DNA of 64,000 bases from Allosphingosinicella sp. Lineage in GTDB: Bacteria > Pseudomonadota > Alphaproteobacteria > Sphingomonadales > Sphingomonadaceae. Numbering within the stretch: position 1 is the first letter of the stretch; every line of letters starts with the position of its first letter. The notes beneath the pieces are model-generated. The model saw only the letters and a program-made list of their open reading frames with translations, was not told the origin of the DNA and did no database searches. Below, piece after piece: positions 33,160-43,903 of the stretch. The translations under genes were made by a program, and so were the position numbers. Where the stretch lies: NCBI GenBank assembly GCA_036386875.1, contig DASVUV010000058.1:9873-73872 (forward strand). The letters run 5' to 3'.

Positions 33160-35037
33160 ATGCACGCCTATCGCACCCACACTTGCGGCCAGCTTCGCGC
33201 CTCCAACGTTGGCGAGCAGGTGCGGCTGTCGGGCTGGATCCACCGCAAGCGCGACCATGGCGGAGTGCTGTTCATCGACCTTCGCGACCATTACGGCATC
33301 ACCCAGATCGTCGCCAAGGCGAATAGCGAGCCGCTCAGGGTGCTGGAGCATCTGCGCGCGGAATCGGTGGTGACGATTACCGGCGAAGTGGTGGCGCGCG
33401 GCGCCGAGGCGTCGAACGCCAACCTGGCGACCGGCGAGATCGAGCTGGTGGCCGCCGATGTCGTGGTGCAGTCCGCCGCCGAGGAGCTGCCGCTGCCGGT
33501 GGCGGGCGAGGCCGATTATCCGGAAGATATCCGCCTCCGCTACCGCTACCTCGATCTTCGCCGCGAGCGCATTCACGCCAACATCGTACTTCGCTCCAAC
33601 GTCATTTCCTCGATCCGCAATCGCATGGTGGCGCAGGGCTTTACCGAGCTCCAGACGCCGATCCTGACCGCCTCGTCGCCGGAAGGCGCGCGCGATTACC
33701 TCGTGCCGAGCCGCGTCCATCCGGGCAAGTTCTACGCGCTTCCCCAGGCGCCGCAGATGTTCAAGCAGCTCCTCATGGTGGCCGGCTTCGACCGCTATTT
33801 CCAGATCGCGCCCTGCTTCCGCGACGAGGACGCCCGCGCCGACCGCTCGCCCGGCGAATTCTACCAGCTCGATTTCGAGATGAGCTATGTGACCCAGGAA
33901 GACGTGTTCCAGGCGATCGAGCCGGTGCTTGCCGGCGTGTTCGCCGAATTCGCCAACGGCCGCTCCGTCACCCCGGCGGGCAGCTTTCCGCGCATTCCCT
34001 ACCGGGAATCGATGCTGAAATACGGTTCGGACAAGCCCGACCTTCGCAATCCCATTCTGATCAGCGACGTCACCGATCACTTCCGCGGTTCGGGCTTCGG
34101 CCTGTTCGCCAAAATCGTCGAAGGCGGCGGCGTCGTCCGCGCCGTTCCAGCTCCCCGAACAGCCGACAAGAGCCGCCGATTTTTCGATGAAATGAATGAG
34201 TGGGCGCGGTCAGAGGGGCATGCCGGCCTTGGATACATCCGATACGGAGATGGTCTCACAGTAGAACGGGAGGCCCGGCGTGATGGTGGCCTTTATATCG
34301 AAGGCGAGTGGACCATCGCTACTGGTCCAATCGCAAACAATCTGGACGCTGAACGTCTAGTTGCCATTGCGGACGCCTGCGGCCTTGAGCCCGGCGACAG
34401 CGTCTTCTTCGCGGCGGGCAAGGAGCTGCAGGCGGCCAAGCTTGCCGGCGCGGCGCGCACCCGGGTCGGCGAGACGCTGGGCCTGATCGACCAGAACCGC
34501 TTCGATTTCTGCTGGATCGTCGATTTTCCGATGTTCGAATATGACGAGGAGGCCAAGAAGGTCGACTTCAGCCACAACCCCTTCTCGATGCCGCAGGGCG
34601 AGCTGGAGGCGCTGGAGGGCAAGGACCCGCTCGACATCCTTGCGTACCAATACGACATCGTTTGCAACGGGGTGGAGCTGAGCTCGGGCGCGATCCGCAA
34701 CCACCGGCCGGACATCATGTACAAGGCGTTCGAGATTGCCGGCTATTCCAAGGAAGACGTCGACACGAACTTCTCCGGCATGATCAACGCCTTCAAGTTC
34801 GGCGCCCCGCCGCACGGCGGCTCGGCCCCGGGCATCGACCGCATCGTCATGCTTCTGGCCGGCGAGCCCAACATCCGCGAGGTGGTGCTGTTCCCAATGA
34901 ACCAGCGCGCCGAGGACCTGATGATGGGCGCGCCTTCCGAGGTAAGCGCCAGGCAGCTTCGTGAGTTGAACATCCGCCTGGTGGAGCCGACAGGCGCCGC
35001 GAAGAAAGAGCCTGCAAAGGTGGTGGCGCCGGAGTAA
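33160..35037 (+). CDS. aspS: Aspartate--tRNA ligase
   Basis: YRTHTCG, RRDHGG-like [32 protein letters not shown]. Confidence 0.98.
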   Translation: MHAYRTHTCGQLRASNVGEQVRLSGWIHRKRDHGGVLFIDLRDHYGITQIVAKANSEPLRVLEHLRAESVVTITGEVVARGAEASNANLATGEIELVAADVVVQSAAEELPLPVAGEADYPEDIRLRYRYLDLRRERIHANIVLRSNVISSIRNRMVAQGFTELQTPILTASSPEGARDYLVPSRVHPGKFYALPQAPQMFKQLLMVAGFDRYFQIAPCFRDEDARADRSPGEFYQLDFEMSYVTQEDVFQAIEPVLAGVFAEFANGRSVTPAGSFPRIPYRESMLKYGSDKPDLRNPILISDVTDHFRGSGFGLFAKIVEGGGVVRAVPAPRTADKSRRFFDEMNEWARSEGHAGLGYIRYGDGLTVEREARRDGGLYIEGEWTIATGPIANNLDAERLVAIADACGLEPGDSVFFAAGKELQAAKLAGAARTRVGETLGLIDQNRFDFCWIVDFPMFEYDEEAKKVDFSHNPFSMPQGELEALEGKDPLDILAYQYDIVCNGVELSSGAIRNHRPDIMYKAFEIAGYSKEDVDTNFSGMINAFKFGAPPHGGSAPGIDRIVMLLAGEPNIREVVLFPMNQRAEDLMMGAPSEVSARQLRELNIRLVEPTGAAKKEPAKVVAPE

Positions 35038-35039
35038 CC

Positions 35040-35177
35040 TGTTCCTCCCCATCGCAAGATGGGGAGGGGAACCACCCGTTAGGGTGGTGGAGGGGTAAAC
35101 TTCACCTCGCTTGGATAGTTACCCCTCCACCATGCTCCGCATGGTTCCCCTCCCCACCTTTCGGCTGGGGAGGAACT
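35040..35177. repeat. Family A palindromic repeat
   Basis: GTTCCTCCCCATCGCAAGATGGGGAGGGGAACC...GGGGAGGAACT. Confidence 0.92.
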
Positions 35178-35188
35178 GAGGAGCCGCA

Positions 35189-35968
35189 ATGACTATCACC
35201 CTTTCCGACTACGAAGCCGGCGCCAAATACCAGGGCGATTACGAGCACGACCTCGCCGCCCTCCAGGAGCGCCTCTCGCGCATCCTCGTCTCCCACATCG
35301 TCCACAAGCAGCGCACGGCCATCGTCTTCGAGGGCTGGGATGCGGCGGGGAAGGGCGGTGCCATCCAGCGGCTGACCTCGGGCTGGGACCCGCGGGCGTT
35401 CAAAGTCTGGCCGATCGCGGCGCCGACACCCGAGGAAAAGGCGCGGCACTTCCTGTGGCGTTTCTGGAACCGGCTGCCGGGCAAGGGCGAAGTCGCGATC
35501 TTCGACCGGAGCTGGTACGGGCGCGTGCTGGTCGAGCGGGTCGAGGGCTTCGCCACGGAGGCCGAATGGCGGCGCGGCTACGACGAAATCAACGAGTTCG
35601 AAGCCCAGCAAAGCTTCGACGGCACCCAGATCGTCAAGATCTTCCTCCACGTCAGCGCCGGGACCCAGGACGAGCGGCTGAAGGCGCGGATCGAGAATCC
35701 CTGGAAGCGCTGGAAGGTGACGGCCGAGGATTTCCGCAACCGCTCAAAGCGCGCGGCGTATACGCAGGCGATCGAAGACATGCTGGAGCGCACCTCGACC
35801 CGCTGGGCGCCGTGGACGGTGGTGGACGGCAACACCAAGAAAGCGGCGCGGATCGCGGCGCTGACAGCGGTCGCCGAAGCGCTGGAAGGCTCCTGCCCGC
35901 CCAAGCCGCCCAAGGCCGATCCCGAGGTTGAGGCACTCGCGCGCCAGGCTTTCGGGAAAGAGGGTTAA
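35189..35968 (+). CDS. ppk2: Polyphosphate kinase 2 family protein
   Basis: FEGWDAAGKGGAI, FDRSWYGRVLVERV. Confidence 0.92.
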   Translation: MTITLSDYEAGAKYQGDYEHDLAALQERLSRILVSHIVHKQRTAIVFEGWDAAGKGGAIQRLTSGWDPRAFKVWPIAAPTPEEKARHFLWRFWNRLPGKGEVAIFDRSWYGRVLVERVEGFATEAEWRRGYDEINEFEAQQSFDGTQIVKIFLHVSAGTQDERLKARIENPWKRWKVTAEDFRNRSKRAAYTQAIEDMLERTSTRWAPWTVVDGNTKKAARIAALTAVAEALEGSCPPKPPKADPEVEALARQAFGKEG

Positions 35969-36035
35969 CGCTTCCGCGAGCCGGAAACCTTTCCGCGTCC
36001 CTCCTGTTCAGGCCGCACGCACAAGGGAGGTGGGC

Positions 36036-36419
36036 ATGCGCAAGCTTTGGATTGGAATGCTGTTCGGGTCGGCGCTCGGCATCGCGGCCTGCACGACTTA
36101 TTACGACGATGGCGGCCGCTCCCGCGTGGGCGGCTACGATTATGTCGGCCGCGACTATGACCGGCCGGGCAATGGCTGCGGCTTTTTCGGCGGCTCGGGC
36201 GGACGGGTTCTCGATCCCTGGCTTGCCTGCACGCGCGAAGGGCAGGGGATCATCGCCCGCCGTTTCGACAGCGACCGCGACCGCAGGATCACCCGCGCCA
36301 CCGCCGAGCGCGCCAATGTCGGCTTCCGGCGCCACGCCGATACGGATCGCGACTTGCGGTTGACGGACGCGGAAATCCGGGCGGCACTGGTGGAAGCGGG
36401 GGGTGTCGGGCGGCACTGA
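36036..36419 (+). CDS. Lipoprotein with EF-hand-like motifs
   Basis: GIAAC lipobox; DSDRDRRIT and DTDRDLRLTDAE; GGAGG RBS. Confidence 0.7.
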   Translation: MRKLWIGMLFGSALGIAACTTYYDDGGRSRVGGYDYVGRDYDRPGNGCGFFGGSGGRVLDPWLACTREGQGIIARRFDSDRDRRITRATAERANVGFRRHADTDRDLRLTDAEIRAALVEAGGVGRH

Positions 36420-36430
36420 CCTTGATTTGA

Positions 36431-36547
36431 CCCGCTCATCCTGAGGAGCCACTGAGCGAAGCCGAAGTGGCGTCTCGAAGGACCAGAGAGGCAGGCAGTG
36501 CGTCCTTCGAGACGGGGCCAGACTCAGCCCCTCCTCAGGAAGAGCGG
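36431..36547. repeat. Family C palindromic repeat (no nested element)
   Basis: CCGCTCATCCTGAGGAG...CTCCTCAGGAAGAGCGG. Confidence 0.85.
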
Positions 36548-36575
36548 AGGGATGCCTATCCAAACTCCGTGCTAC

Positions 36576-37061
36576 TCAGGCCCCCGGGTAGGCAATCGCG
36601 GCGATTTCCCATTCCTTCTCGCCGCCCGGCAGGGTGATCCGGCGCAGGTCGCCGACCGCCGCGCCCTTGATCGCGCGGCCAATGGGGGAGGTCCAGGCGA
36701 TGCGGCCGTGGGTGGGATCGGTCTCGTCCTCGCCGACCAGGGTGACGACCCGCTGGTTGTCGTCTTCGTCGACCAGGGTAACGGTGGCGCCGAAATAGAC
36801 CTTGCCGCGCTCCGGCTGCTTGGAGGGATCGACCACCACGGCGTTCTTCATCCGCTTGGACAGCCAGCCGATCCGCCGGTCGATCTCGCGCAGCCGCTTG
36901 CGGCCGTAGATGTAGTCGCCGTTCTCCGAGCGGTCGCCATTGCCCGCCGCCCAGCTGATCGTTTCCACCACCTGCGGGCGTTCGACTCCGAACAAGGCTT
37001 CATATTCCTCGCGCAGCGCGCGGTAGCCGGCGGGCGTGATATGGTTCGGGCGGTCGATCAT
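36576..37061 (-). CDS. greB: Transcription elongation factor GreB
   Basis: NHITPAG, AAGNGDRSENGDYIYGRKRLREIDRR. Confidence 0.96.
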   Translation of the reverse strand: MIDRPNHITPAGYRALREEYEALFGVERPQVVETISWAAGNGDRSENGDYIYGRKRLREIDRRIGWLSKRMKNAVVVDPSKQPERGKVYFGATVTLVDEDDNQRVVTLVGEDETDPTHGRIAWTSPIGRAIKGAAVGDLRRITLPGGEKEWEIAAIAYPGA

Positions 37062-37098
37062 GGGATGCTCGTGTAGGGAGAGGCCTACTGTACCTACA

Positions 37099-37188
37099 CG
37101 TCATTCCCGCGAAAGCGGGAATCCCGCTTCTGTTGTTGCCGGGTCACAGAAGAAAGAAGCGGGACCCCCGCTTCCGCGGGGGTGACGG
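37099..37188. repeat. Family B palindromic repeat
   Basis: CGTCATTCCCGCGAAAGCGGGAATCCC...GGGACCCCCGCTTCCGCGGGGGTGACG. Confidence 0.88.
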
Positions 37189-37232
37189 TTAGTGCGGATC
37201 CCGCGTCGAAGCACCACTTCGACGCGAAGGGT

Positions 37233-39278
37233 TTAGCCTGGCCCGGCTTTGCCCAGGTAGAAGCTCAGCCGGTTGCCGCTTGTCTGGCCCGTACGCTGGG
37301 CCCGCATGGCGTCGTAGACCACCGCATTCTCCAGTACGCGCTGCACGTAGTTGCGGGTTTCGGAAAAGGGGATGTCCTCGATCCACCGCACGATGTCGGT
37401 GCCGCCGCGCGGGTCGCCGTTCGCGCGTACCCATTTGCGGACGTTGCCCGCGCCCGCATTATAGCTTGCAATGGCGAGCGGCGCGCTTCCGCCCCATTGC
37501 TCGAGTAGGCGCTGGAAATAGGCGCTGCCGAGCATGACGTTGTAAGCCGGATCGGAGGTCAGCCGGCCAAGATCGTAGGGCAGGCCCGATTTGCCGGCCT
37601 GCTCGCGCGCGGTGCCGGGCATGAGCTGCATCAGGCCGCGGGCGCCGACCTGGCTCATCGCGGCGCGATCAAACGAGCTTTCCTGGCGGGTGATGCCGTG
37701 GGCGAGACTCCAATTCTGCTGGTAGGAGGCGGGAAGCTGCACTTCGGGGAAGCCAAGCGGGTGATAAAAGGTCGCGCCCTGGTTGCGCGCCTCCCGCGCC
37801 ACCCAGACGCCGAGATCCGGCCGGGCGATCGAACGGCCGAGCTCAGCAGCGAGCAGCCGCTCGCGGTCGTTTTCGACGTCCTCGGCAACGGCGCGGACGA
37901 ACAGGGACTGGTCGCTCCACCGGCCCATCTCGCCAAGCGCCCGGGTCGCTTCCACGATCGGGCGGGCGTTGAAGGCGGCGCGCTCGGACGCGCTGATCGG
38001 CAGGGACGTCGCCGTCGGCGCGATCACGCGGCGGTTAAGGCGCTCAAGCGAGAGCTGCCCGTAAAACTGGTCGGGGCTCGATGCCGCCTGTTCCAGCCAG
38101 GTGTTGGACTGCGCGACCTGGCCGGCGCCATGGGCGGCGCGGGCGGCCCAGTAGAAGCCCTTGGCGCGGGTCTGCGGCGACTTGGCGGCGCGGGCATAGC
38201 GGTCGTACATCCGCGCCGCGTCGGCCGGCCGGCCGAGCTTGGTGGCCGCATTGCCGCCGAGCCAGGCCAGGCTCGTATATTCGTCGCGCTCGCCATAGCT
38301 GCGGTTCGAGACGTCGGTGCCGGGGGCGTAAGCTTCGTCGATCTGAGAGGCGATCTGGTAGGCGGTGGTCCACTGGCCGTCGGCGGCGGCGGCGCGGGCG
38401 GTGACCAAAAGCGCTTCGTAGAACTTCTCGACATTGCCGGGCTTGACGCTCAGCCGGTAGGGCTGGGCCAGAAGCTGGCGGGCCGACGCGCTGTCGCCGC
38501 GGGCGCGCAGGTAATTGGCGCGGTCGATCAGCAGGCCGCCATTGCCCTGCACCCCGGACACGGCCGCGAAGAGATCGTTGGCGTTGCCCGCCCGGGTCTG
38601 CAGCGCGAGGCGCGCTTCGTAAATCGGGCGGTTGGCGGCGGAGGCGAAGGGCAGCAGGCGCGCCGCGCTTTGCGTGTCGCCGTTGCCGAGCAGGGCTTCC
38701 ATGCGGGCGTCATGCTCGACCTGCGTAAGGCTGCCGCCGAAGGTGCCGAGCAAGCGGGTTTCATCCGCCTGGTTGAGCGCGCCCCCGGTCCAGGCGGCGC
38801 GGGCGGCGGTGCGCGCCTCGTCGGTGCGGCCGCTGGCGAGGAGGGCAGAGGCGTGCTTGGCGTGGCCGGTCGGGGTGAGCGGCGGGAAGCTGTTGAAGAA
38901 GGAGACCACTTCGGTGGGGCGGTCCATGTCGGGCTGGATCGCCCGTTCGGCGCTGCGCCGCATCGCCGCTTCCCCCGGCCAGCCGCGATAGCTTTGCAGG
39001 AACGAGGCGTAGGACGAGAATGACTGGTTGTCGCTTTGGCGAAGGCTGTTCCAGCGGGCGAGGGCGCTGCTCAGCGCGGGTGAGACGCTGTAGCTCGGCG
39101 CGCGGGCCGGGGCCTGCGCAGGCATCGCTTCCGGCGCCTGCCGCGGCACCATCACCGCCTGCACGACGGCGGGCAAAACTCGCGCCGCTTTCTTCACGGG
39201 CACGACGCCGGAGACCATCGCGCCGGCGGATGCGGTGGAGGCCACCAACAGGCTTAGAACCAAAGCTTTTTTCTGCAT
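37233..39278 (-). CDS. Soluble lytic murein transglycosylase (Slt70-like)
   Basis: ITRQESSF, GARGLMQLMPGTA, ASYNAG, ETRNYVQRV. Confidence 0.93.
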   Translation of the reverse strand: MQKKALVLSLLVASTASAGAMVSGVVPVKKAARVLPAVVQAVMVPRQAPEAMPAQAPARAPSYSVSPALSSALARWNSLRQSDNQSFSSYASFLQSYRGWPGEAAMRRSAERAIQPDMDRPTEVVSFFNSFPPLTPTGHAKHASALLASGRTDEARTAARAAWTGGALNQADETRLLGTFGGSLTQVEHDARMEALLGNGDTQSAARLLPFASAANRPIYEARLALQTRAGNANDLFAAVSGVQGNGGLLIDRANYLRARGDSASARQLLAQPYRLSVKPGNVEKFYEALLVTARAAAADGQWTTAYQIASQIDEAYAPGTDVSNRSYGERDEYTSLAWLGGNAATKLGRPADAARMYDRYARAAKSPQTRAKGFYWAARAAHGAGQVAQSNTWLEQAASSPDQFYGQLSLERLNRRVIAPTATSLPISASERAAFNARPIVEATRALGEMGRWSDQSLFVRAVAEDVENDRERLLAAELGRSIARPDLGVWVAREARNQGATFYHPLGFPEVQLPASYQQNWSLAHGITRQESSFDRAAMSQVGARGLMQLMPGTAREQAGKSGLPYDLGRLTSDPAYNVMLGSAYFQRLLEQWGGSAPLAIASYNAGAGNVRKWVRANGDPRGGTDIVRWIEDIPFSETRNYVQRVLENAVVYDAMRAQRTGQTSGNRLSFYLGKAGPG

Positions 39279-39379
39279 GCTGGACAGAGTGCCTGACCCC
39301 TCCTTATCAGGCCCTGAACGGGCGCTGCCTGGCTTTCGATCCATGTCGGAATCGTAAGGCCGCGTGAAGGAGTTATTTC

Positions 39380-40255
39380 ATGTTTCGCGGCTCGATCCCG
39401 GCCCTGGTGACCACGTTTCGCGACGAAGCGTTCGACGAGGAGGCGTTTCGCGCCCTGGTCGAGTGGCAGATCGCCGAAGGGAGCCACGGCCTGGTACCGG
39501 TCGGCACCACCGGCGAATCGGCGACCTTGAACGCGGCGGAGCATCGCGCCGTGATTTCGGCGTGCGTCCAGCAGGCGGCGGGTAGGGTTCCGGTGATCGC
39601 CGGCTGCGGCTCCAACAGCACCGCAGGCGTGATCGCCTACATGCGCGCCGCCGAGGAGGCGGGCGCCGATGCGGCGCTGGTGGTGCTGCCTTATTACAAC
39701 CGTCCCAACCAGGAGGGCATTTTCCGGCATTTCGAGGCGATTAGCGCGGCTTCTTCGCTCCCGGTCGTGGTTTACAACGTGCCGGGGCGGACGGTGACCG
39801 ACATCCTTCCGGAGACGCTTGGCCGCGTCGCCTCGCTGCCGAACGTAGTCGGGATCAAGGACGCGAGCGGCGACCTGGGCCGGGTCACCGCCCACCGCGG
39901 GCTGTGCGGACACGGCTTCGCCCAGCTTTCCGGAAACGACGAACTGAGCCTCGGCTTCCTCGCCATGGGCGGGGTGGGCACGATCTCCGTCACGGCAAAT
40001 GTCGCGCCGAGGCTGTTCGCGGCGTTCCACGATGCCTATCTGTCGGGGAACCATGCAACAGCACTCGACGTCCAGGACAGGCTTTACCCGCTCCACAAGG
40101 CGCTTTTCTCCGACGCCTCCCCCGGCCCGGCCAAATACGCCCTCAGCCGCGTCCGCGCCGGCTTCCCCGACGCACTGCGCCTGCCGATGACCCCCCCCTC
40201 CGACGCAAGCCGCCGCGCGGTGGACGCGGCGCTCGACCATGCGGGGCTGCTGTGA
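39380..40255 (+). CDS. dapA: 4-hydroxy-tetrahydrodipicolinate synthase
   Basis: GTTGES, YNVPGRT, GIKDASGD. Confidence 0.96.
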   Translation: MFRGSIPALVTTFRDEAFDEEAFRALVEWQIAEGSHGLVPVGTTGESATLNAAEHRAVISACVQQAAGRVPVIAGCGSNSTAGVIAYMRAAEEAGADAALVVLPYYNRPNQEGIFRHFEAISAASSLPVVVYNVPGRTVTDILPETLGRVASLPNVVGIKDASGDLGRVTAHRGLCGHGFAQLSGNDELSLGFLAMGGVGTISVTANVAPRLFAAFHDAYLSGNHATALDVQDRLYPLHKALFSDASPGPAKYALSRVRAGFPDALRLPMTPPSDASRRAVDAALDHAGLL

Positions 40256-40271
40256 TGGGTGAAATCACACC

Positions 40272-40424
40272 AATCCTCCCCCGGATTTCCGGGGGAGGGG
40301 GACCGTCCGTAGGACGGTGGAGGGGCCGAGCGCAGCGAGGATGCCCACGGCTCCGGCTTCGCCTCCGCCGCCCCTCCACCAGGCTTCGCCTGGTCCCCCT
40401 CCCCTGCAAAAGCAGGGGAGGACT
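40272..40424. repeat. Family A repeat (ATCCTCCCC subtype)
   Basis: Near-copy of 31724-31874. Confidence 0.9.
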
Positions 40425-40429
40425 TTAGG

Positions 40430-40912
40430 ATGGCACGTCCCCGTCCCGCCACGTTCGAGAAGGTCAAGGTGGTCGCCGAGAACCGGCGCGCGCGGTTCGA
40501 TTATGCGATCGACACCACCTACGAGGCCGGCATCGCGCTGACCGGCACCGAAGTGAAATCGCTTCGCTTCGGCGAGGGCTCGATCGCCGAGAGCTATGCC
40601 GAAGTGCGCGACGAGCAGGTCTGGCTGATCAACGCCAACATTCCCGAATTCAGCCACGGCAACCGCAACAACCATGAGCCTAAGCGGCCGCGGATCCTGC
40701 TCCTTCACGAACGGGAGATCGCCAAGCTGCACGGCGCCGTTGCGCGCCAGGGCATGACGCTTGTGCCCTTGTCCATCTACTTCAACAGCCGCGGCCGCGC
40801 CAAGGTCGAGCTTGCGCTGGCGAAGGGCCGCAAAGCGCCCGACAAGCGCGAATATGAAAAGGAAAAGGACTGGAAGCGCGAGCAGGGCCGCCTGATGCGC
40901 AACCATGGCTGA
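40430..40912 (+). CDS. smpB: SsrA-binding protein
   Basis: [22 protein letters not shown]. Confidence 0.97.
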   Translation: MARPRPATFEKVKVVAENRRARFDYAIDTTYEAGIALTGTEVKSLRFGEGSIAESYAEVRDEQVWLINANIPEFSHGNRNNHEPKRPRILLLHEREIAKLHGAVARQGMTLVPLSIYFNSRGRAKVELALAKGRKAPDKREYEKEKDWKREQGRLMRNHG

Positions 40913-41471
40913 GGAGCAGGGCCGCCTTGCGCGCTGGGTGTCGCGCAACATGCCGCGGCGCGAGGATTTAGCCGAAAGCCGCTGGCTGAAGCCGCTCGGC
41001 AGCCGGGTGCTGCACTCGGAATTCTGGCGCTTCACCCGGCGTTCGGTGCCGCGCGGAGTCGGCATTGGCCTGGTGGTCGGCATCTTCCTGATGATCCCGG
41101 GGCTGCAGATCGTCGGCGCGGCGCTTTTGTGCGTGCCGGTGCGCGGCAATATCCCGGCCGCCGCGCTGATGACCTTCCTGTCCAACCCCGCGACGACTCC
41201 GTTCATCCTGCTCGCTTCGCTGGAGGTCGGCAGCATGCTCGGCTTCCGAACCGACGTCGCTTCCTTTTACGCGCTGCGCGACAGCGGCGCTTCGGCGGGG
41301 CAGTGGGCGAGCTGGCTGTTTTCGGACGCCGCGCCGGCTTTGGTCACCGGGCTGTTCATCATTGCACTGGGGACCGGACTCGTCGGATACCTCCTTTCGA
41401 TCCTGATCTGGCGCTGGTGGCAGGGCAAGAAGTGGCGCCGGCGCGTCCGGCGGCCGCGCGGCGCAATTTGA
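40905..41471 (+). CDS. DUF2062-family membrane protein
   Basis: [21 protein letters not shown]. Confidence 0.8.
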   Translation: MAEEQGRLARWVSRNMPRREDLAESRWLKPLGSRVLHSEFWRFTRRSVPRGVGIGLVVGIFLMIPGLQIVGAALLCVPVRGNIPAAALMTFLSNPATTPFILLASLEVGSMLGFRTDVASFYALRDSGASAGQWASWLFSDAAPALVTGLFIIALGTGLVGYLLSILIWRWWQGKKWRRRVRRPRGAI

Positions 41472-41502
41472 TCACGGGCCCGCGCCTGCTATCCCCCCAC
41501 CC

Positions 41503-43863
41503 ATGGCATCTTCCGCATCCGGGCGTTCGTCCCCGGTTCTCCCGCTGATTCTGATCCTCGCCGCGGCCGCGGTGTCGGCGGCTTTGCTGCTGTGGCTGCT
41601 GAACGACCTGGTGTTCGCGGGCGCGTTTTTCGCCGGCGCGATTGCGTTCGGGACTCCGTTCCTGCTCAGCCGCCGCGCCGCCGCCAACGCGCCCGCGCCG
41701 GTGCAACCGCCGGCGCGCACCGACGCCGTCTTGCTTCGCGCCGCGCTCGATGCCGCCGCTTGCGCCTCTGCCGTCACCGACGCCGCCGGCCGCCTGATTG
41801 CGGCCAACCGGACCTGGGAGGATTGGTTCGGCGCCGCCGGGCCGCTCGATCTCGATGCCGGTGTCGACCTCGGCGGAACGCTCGCCTCCGCCCGCCGCGA
41901 CGGCCAGGCGGAGCTCGGCGGGCTCCTTTCGGGCAAGCGCCGCCTGACCGCTACCGCCCGCGTCGCCGGCACCGGCGATCGCCACATCCTGTGGGCGATC
42001 GAACGTGCCGCCGAGAGCGACCTGATCGGCGAAACCCGCCGCCTGGTCGGATCCGAGTTCGGTGCCCGGATGGGCGAGGGCGGAGTCATGGCCGTGCTTG
42101 CCGACGGTGAGGGCAACCTCGTCGCCGCCAACCGCGCCTTTCTGGTCCGCGCGGCGGGAGAAGAGGACGTGGGCGCCGGCACGCCGCTGGTCGATCTCCT
42201 CTCCGTCGGCACCAAGGGCGAGTTCCTCTTTGCCCGCGAAGGCGAGGCCGCCGCGCCCTTGCGAATCCTCCAGGTGCCGCTCGCGCCGGACGGCGAAGCC
42301 GGGCCTAGCCTGTTCCTGTTAATCGACGAAGTGGCCGGCGGGCTTACCGAAGGCGGCGCCAACATCAACGCGCTGCTGGAAATCCTTCCCCTCGGCCTGG
42401 CGCTCGCCGACCGCGACGGGCGCTTTGTCTACCTGAACTCCGCCTTCCGCCGCGCCGCCGGCCTGTCCCGCGCCGCCGATCCGACCTGGCCGGGCGATCT
42501 CGTCGTCGATGAGGACAAGGCGGTGGTCTCCGATTCGGTGCGCCGCTTCGCCCGCGGCGGCGGCGCAATGACGGGCGACCTGTCGATCCGCCTGTCGGCC
42601 AAGCCTGAGGAGCCGATCGCGCTTACCGTCGCCGCCGCGCGTGGGCTCGGCGAAGCGGCGGTGCTGCTCAGCCTCAAGGACAATACGGAGGAAGACCGCC
42701 TCAAGCGCCAGGTCGCGCAGGCCACCAAGATGCAGGCGGTTGGGCAACTGGCCGGCGGCGTTGCCCACGATTTCAACAACATCCTGACCGCGATCATCGG
42801 CCATTGCGACCTGATGCTGATGCGCCACACGCCCGGCGACAGCGATTATGACGACATCCAGCAGATCCGGTCCAACTCGAACCGCGCCGCAGGCCTGACC
42901 CGCCAGCTCCTCGCCTTCTCGCGCCAGCAGACGCTTCGGCCGCAGGTACTTCAGCTCCCCGACGTCATCGCCGAGGTCTCCACCCTGCTGCGCCGCCTGC
43001 TCGGCGAAAAGGTGAAGCTTCAGGTCAAGCACGGCCGAAGCCTGGGCAGCGTCCGCGCCGATCCGGGGCAGCTGGAACAGGTCATTGTCAACCTCGCCGT
43101 CAACGCACGCGATGCGATGCTGTCCAAGGACGCGAATGCCGGCGGCACGCTCGACATCCAGTCCTACGCGGTCTCCGCCGACGACGTGCGGCGGATGGGC
43201 AGCGAGATCCTGCCGATCGGCGACTACACCGCGCTCAGGGTTTCCGACACCGGCACCGGCATCCCGCCCCAGCTCCTCCCCAAGATCTTCGAGCCGTTCT
43301 TCACCACAAAGGAAGTCGGCAAGGGCACCGGCCTTGGGCTTTCCACCGTTTACGGCATCGTGAAGCAATCGGGCGGCTTCATCTTCGCCGAAAGCGAGCC
43401 GGGGCAGGGGACCAGCTTCACCATCTACCTCCCAGTCCACCGTGCCGAGGCGGCCAAGCCCGCGCCGCGCAAGAAGGAGCCGGCGGGCGAACTCTGGGGC
43501 ACCGGCACCGTCCTCCTGGTCGAGGACGAAGCCACCGTCCGCGCCGTCGCCGAGCGCGCACTGACCCGCCACGGCTATACCGTCCTCCTCGCTGAGAATG
43601 GCGAAGCGGCGATCGAAATCCTAGTCCGCGAAAAGCGGGTCGACCTGATGATCTCGGACGTCGTCATGCCGACCATGGACGGTCCGACCACCGCTCGCGA
43701 AGCGCGCAAGCTGCAGCCCGATCTGCCGATCCTGTTCATTTCGGGCTATGCCGAGGAGCAGCTCCGCCAGAACATAGATCTCCCCAAGGTCGCCTTCCTG
43801 GCCAAGCCTTTCACCGTCCAGAAGCTGGCCGAAGCGGCGCGCGATACGTTGGCGGCGAAATAA
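41503..43863 (+). CDS. cckA: Hybrid histidine kinase CckA
   Basis: Two TM segments, PAS-like domains, QATKMQAVGQLAGGVAHDFNN, receiver domain; near recA. Confidence 0.88.
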   Translation: MASSASGRSSPVLPLILILAAAAVSAALLLWLLNDLVFAGAFFAGAIAFGTPFLLSRRAAANAPAPVQPPARTDAVLLRAALDAAACASAVTDAAGRLIAANRTWEDWFGAAGPLDLDAGVDLGGTLASARRDGQAELGGLLSGKRRLTATARVAGTGDRHILWAIERAAESDLIGETRRLVGSEFGARMGEGGVMAVLADGEGNLVAANRAFLVRAAGEEDVGAGTPLVDLLSVGTKGEFLFAREGEAAAPLRILQVPLAPDGEAGPSLFLLIDEVAGGLTEGGANINALLEILPLGLALADRDGRFVYLNSAFRRAAGLSRAADPTWPGDLVVDEDKAVVSDSVRRFARGGGAMTGDLSIRLSAKPEEPIALTVAAARGLGEAAVLLSLKDNTEEDRLKRQVAQATKMQAVGQLAGGVAHDFNNILTAIIGHCDLMLMRHTPGDSDYDDIQQIRSNSNRAAGLTRQLLAFSRQQTLRPQVLQLPDVIAEVSTLLRRLLGEKVKLQVKHGRSLGSVRADPGQLEQVIVNLAVNARDAMLSKDANAGGTLDIQSYAVSADDVRRMGSEILPIGDYTALRVSDTGTGIPPQLLPKIFEPFFTTKEVGKGTGLGLSTVYGIVKQSGGFIFAESEPGQGTSFTIYLPVHRAEAAKPAPRKKEPAGELWGTGTVLLVEDEATVRAVAERALTRHGYTVLLAENGEAAIEILVREKRVDLMISDVVMPTMDGPTTAREARKLQPDLPILFISGYAEEQLRQNIDLPKVAFLAKPFTVQKLAEAARDTLAAK

Positions 43864-43903
43864 GTGTTTCAATTTGCGCATCGAAGCCGATAAGCGCCAC
43901 CCC

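Noticed and set aside
27869-35968. ppk1-ppx and ppk2 clustering as a novel polyphosphate island
   Set aside because: purM-hda-ppk-ppx-rnd-aspS is common alphaproteobacterial synteny.
40256-40430. tmRNA or other structured RNA next to smpB
   Set aside because: The sequence is a family A repeat; no tRNA-like ends.
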